NCBI GenBank assembly: GCA_036918135.1
Contig: JBALDB010000051.1
Coordinates: 128,001-192,000 of the forward strand
Direction of reading: 5' to 3'
From: Nostoc sp.
GTDB taxonomy: Bacteria > Cyanobacteriota > Cyanobacteriia > Cyanobacteriales > Nostocaceae
Length of the DNA stretch: 64,000 nucleotides
In this document: positions 63,401-64,000 of the stretch, one piece after another
Numbering within the stretch: the stretch's first letter is position 1
How the letters are laid out: the number at the start of each line of letters is the position of its first letter
Notes under the pieces: model-generated
The model's input: the letters and a program-made list of their open reading frames with translations, nothing else
The model's database searches: none
Told to the model about the DNA's origin: nothing
Position numbers and translations under genes: made by a program

Positions 63401-64000
63401 ATTCTATTTCTCCGTGTAAAATAGTAGACGCAAATTATTTTTTATCTAGTCCAGTCCAAAATTACTAGGCTAAAATTCTTTGACTCACCTGCTTTTATAG
63501 ACATGTATAAACGTGTTGATTTCTTGGATAACTCCAAGCACACTGCAAACTGAAACTAGTTTTTGTGGTACGAGCCGGGCCATGAACCGCAGTAAGAGAT
63601 TACAACTAAATATCATTAACATCCCAGTCGATAACAATACCAACGCAACAGAAACAAGTACATTTGTCAAGTGACGTATCTTGCCTCTGACTACAATAGT
63701 GACAAGTTTTTAATGTATTGCGTTGAGCAATTATATGAACAAAGTTTTTGCTTAAAACACGCTTGTATTTAAGTTACCTTCAGAAAAACCTCTAAAGAAT
63801 ATACATACCATAATTAGTGACAAGTGAAAGAATCTAAAGCTATTTCATTTTCAGGAGTAGCACTTGATGACCTAATTTCGGATTATACCGTTTGTAAGGA
63901 TTCTTCTAAAAGCTCTTAGCGCTCTTCCATCACTCTAAGCAGAGGAAAATAGAAAATCCTCATATTCATAGCAGTCTGGAACAGCGCCGCGCATTCGATT

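Noticed and set aside
63485..63670. Precursor or leader peptide of the biosynthetic locus
   Set aside because: Non-ATG start, no RBS and no RiPP-like features.

Overview
Chromosomal window from a filamentous heterocyst-forming cyanobacterium (Nostoc-like). The evidence is abundant HIP1 GCGATCGC sites, STRR/SDR/MITE repeats, a short KaiA and NsiR1-like RNAs. Most of the window is core genome: exoD, the TolC-like hgdD, kaiABC with a divergent hybrid histidine kinase, ArnT, plant-type glycerate kinase, SulP, bgtAB, lipB, hpf, prxQ, argJ, gatB, psbM, psbK, tgt, cobS and comF. The notable items are: (1) a 54-63.4 kb secondary-metabolite locus with a MysE-like NRPS whose A domain carries a glycine code rather than a serine code, plus a TauD/CAS-like dioxygenase, a methyltransferase and two transporters, but no mysABC, suggesting a satellite mycosporine-tailoring module; (2) the flv4-sll0218-flv2 cassette sitting inside the cmpABCD bicarbonate transporter genes; (3) a three-copy NsiR1-like sRNA array plus a fourth, 5'-extended copy between gatB and argJ; (4) Fur-box-associated structured non-coding DNA at 53.7-54.1 kb; (5) a probable non-autonomous IS200/IS605 remnant, nested MITEs, an 11x21-bp tandem repeat and a TIR-GUN4 fusion. 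All family assignments come from motif recognition by eye; no database searches were run.
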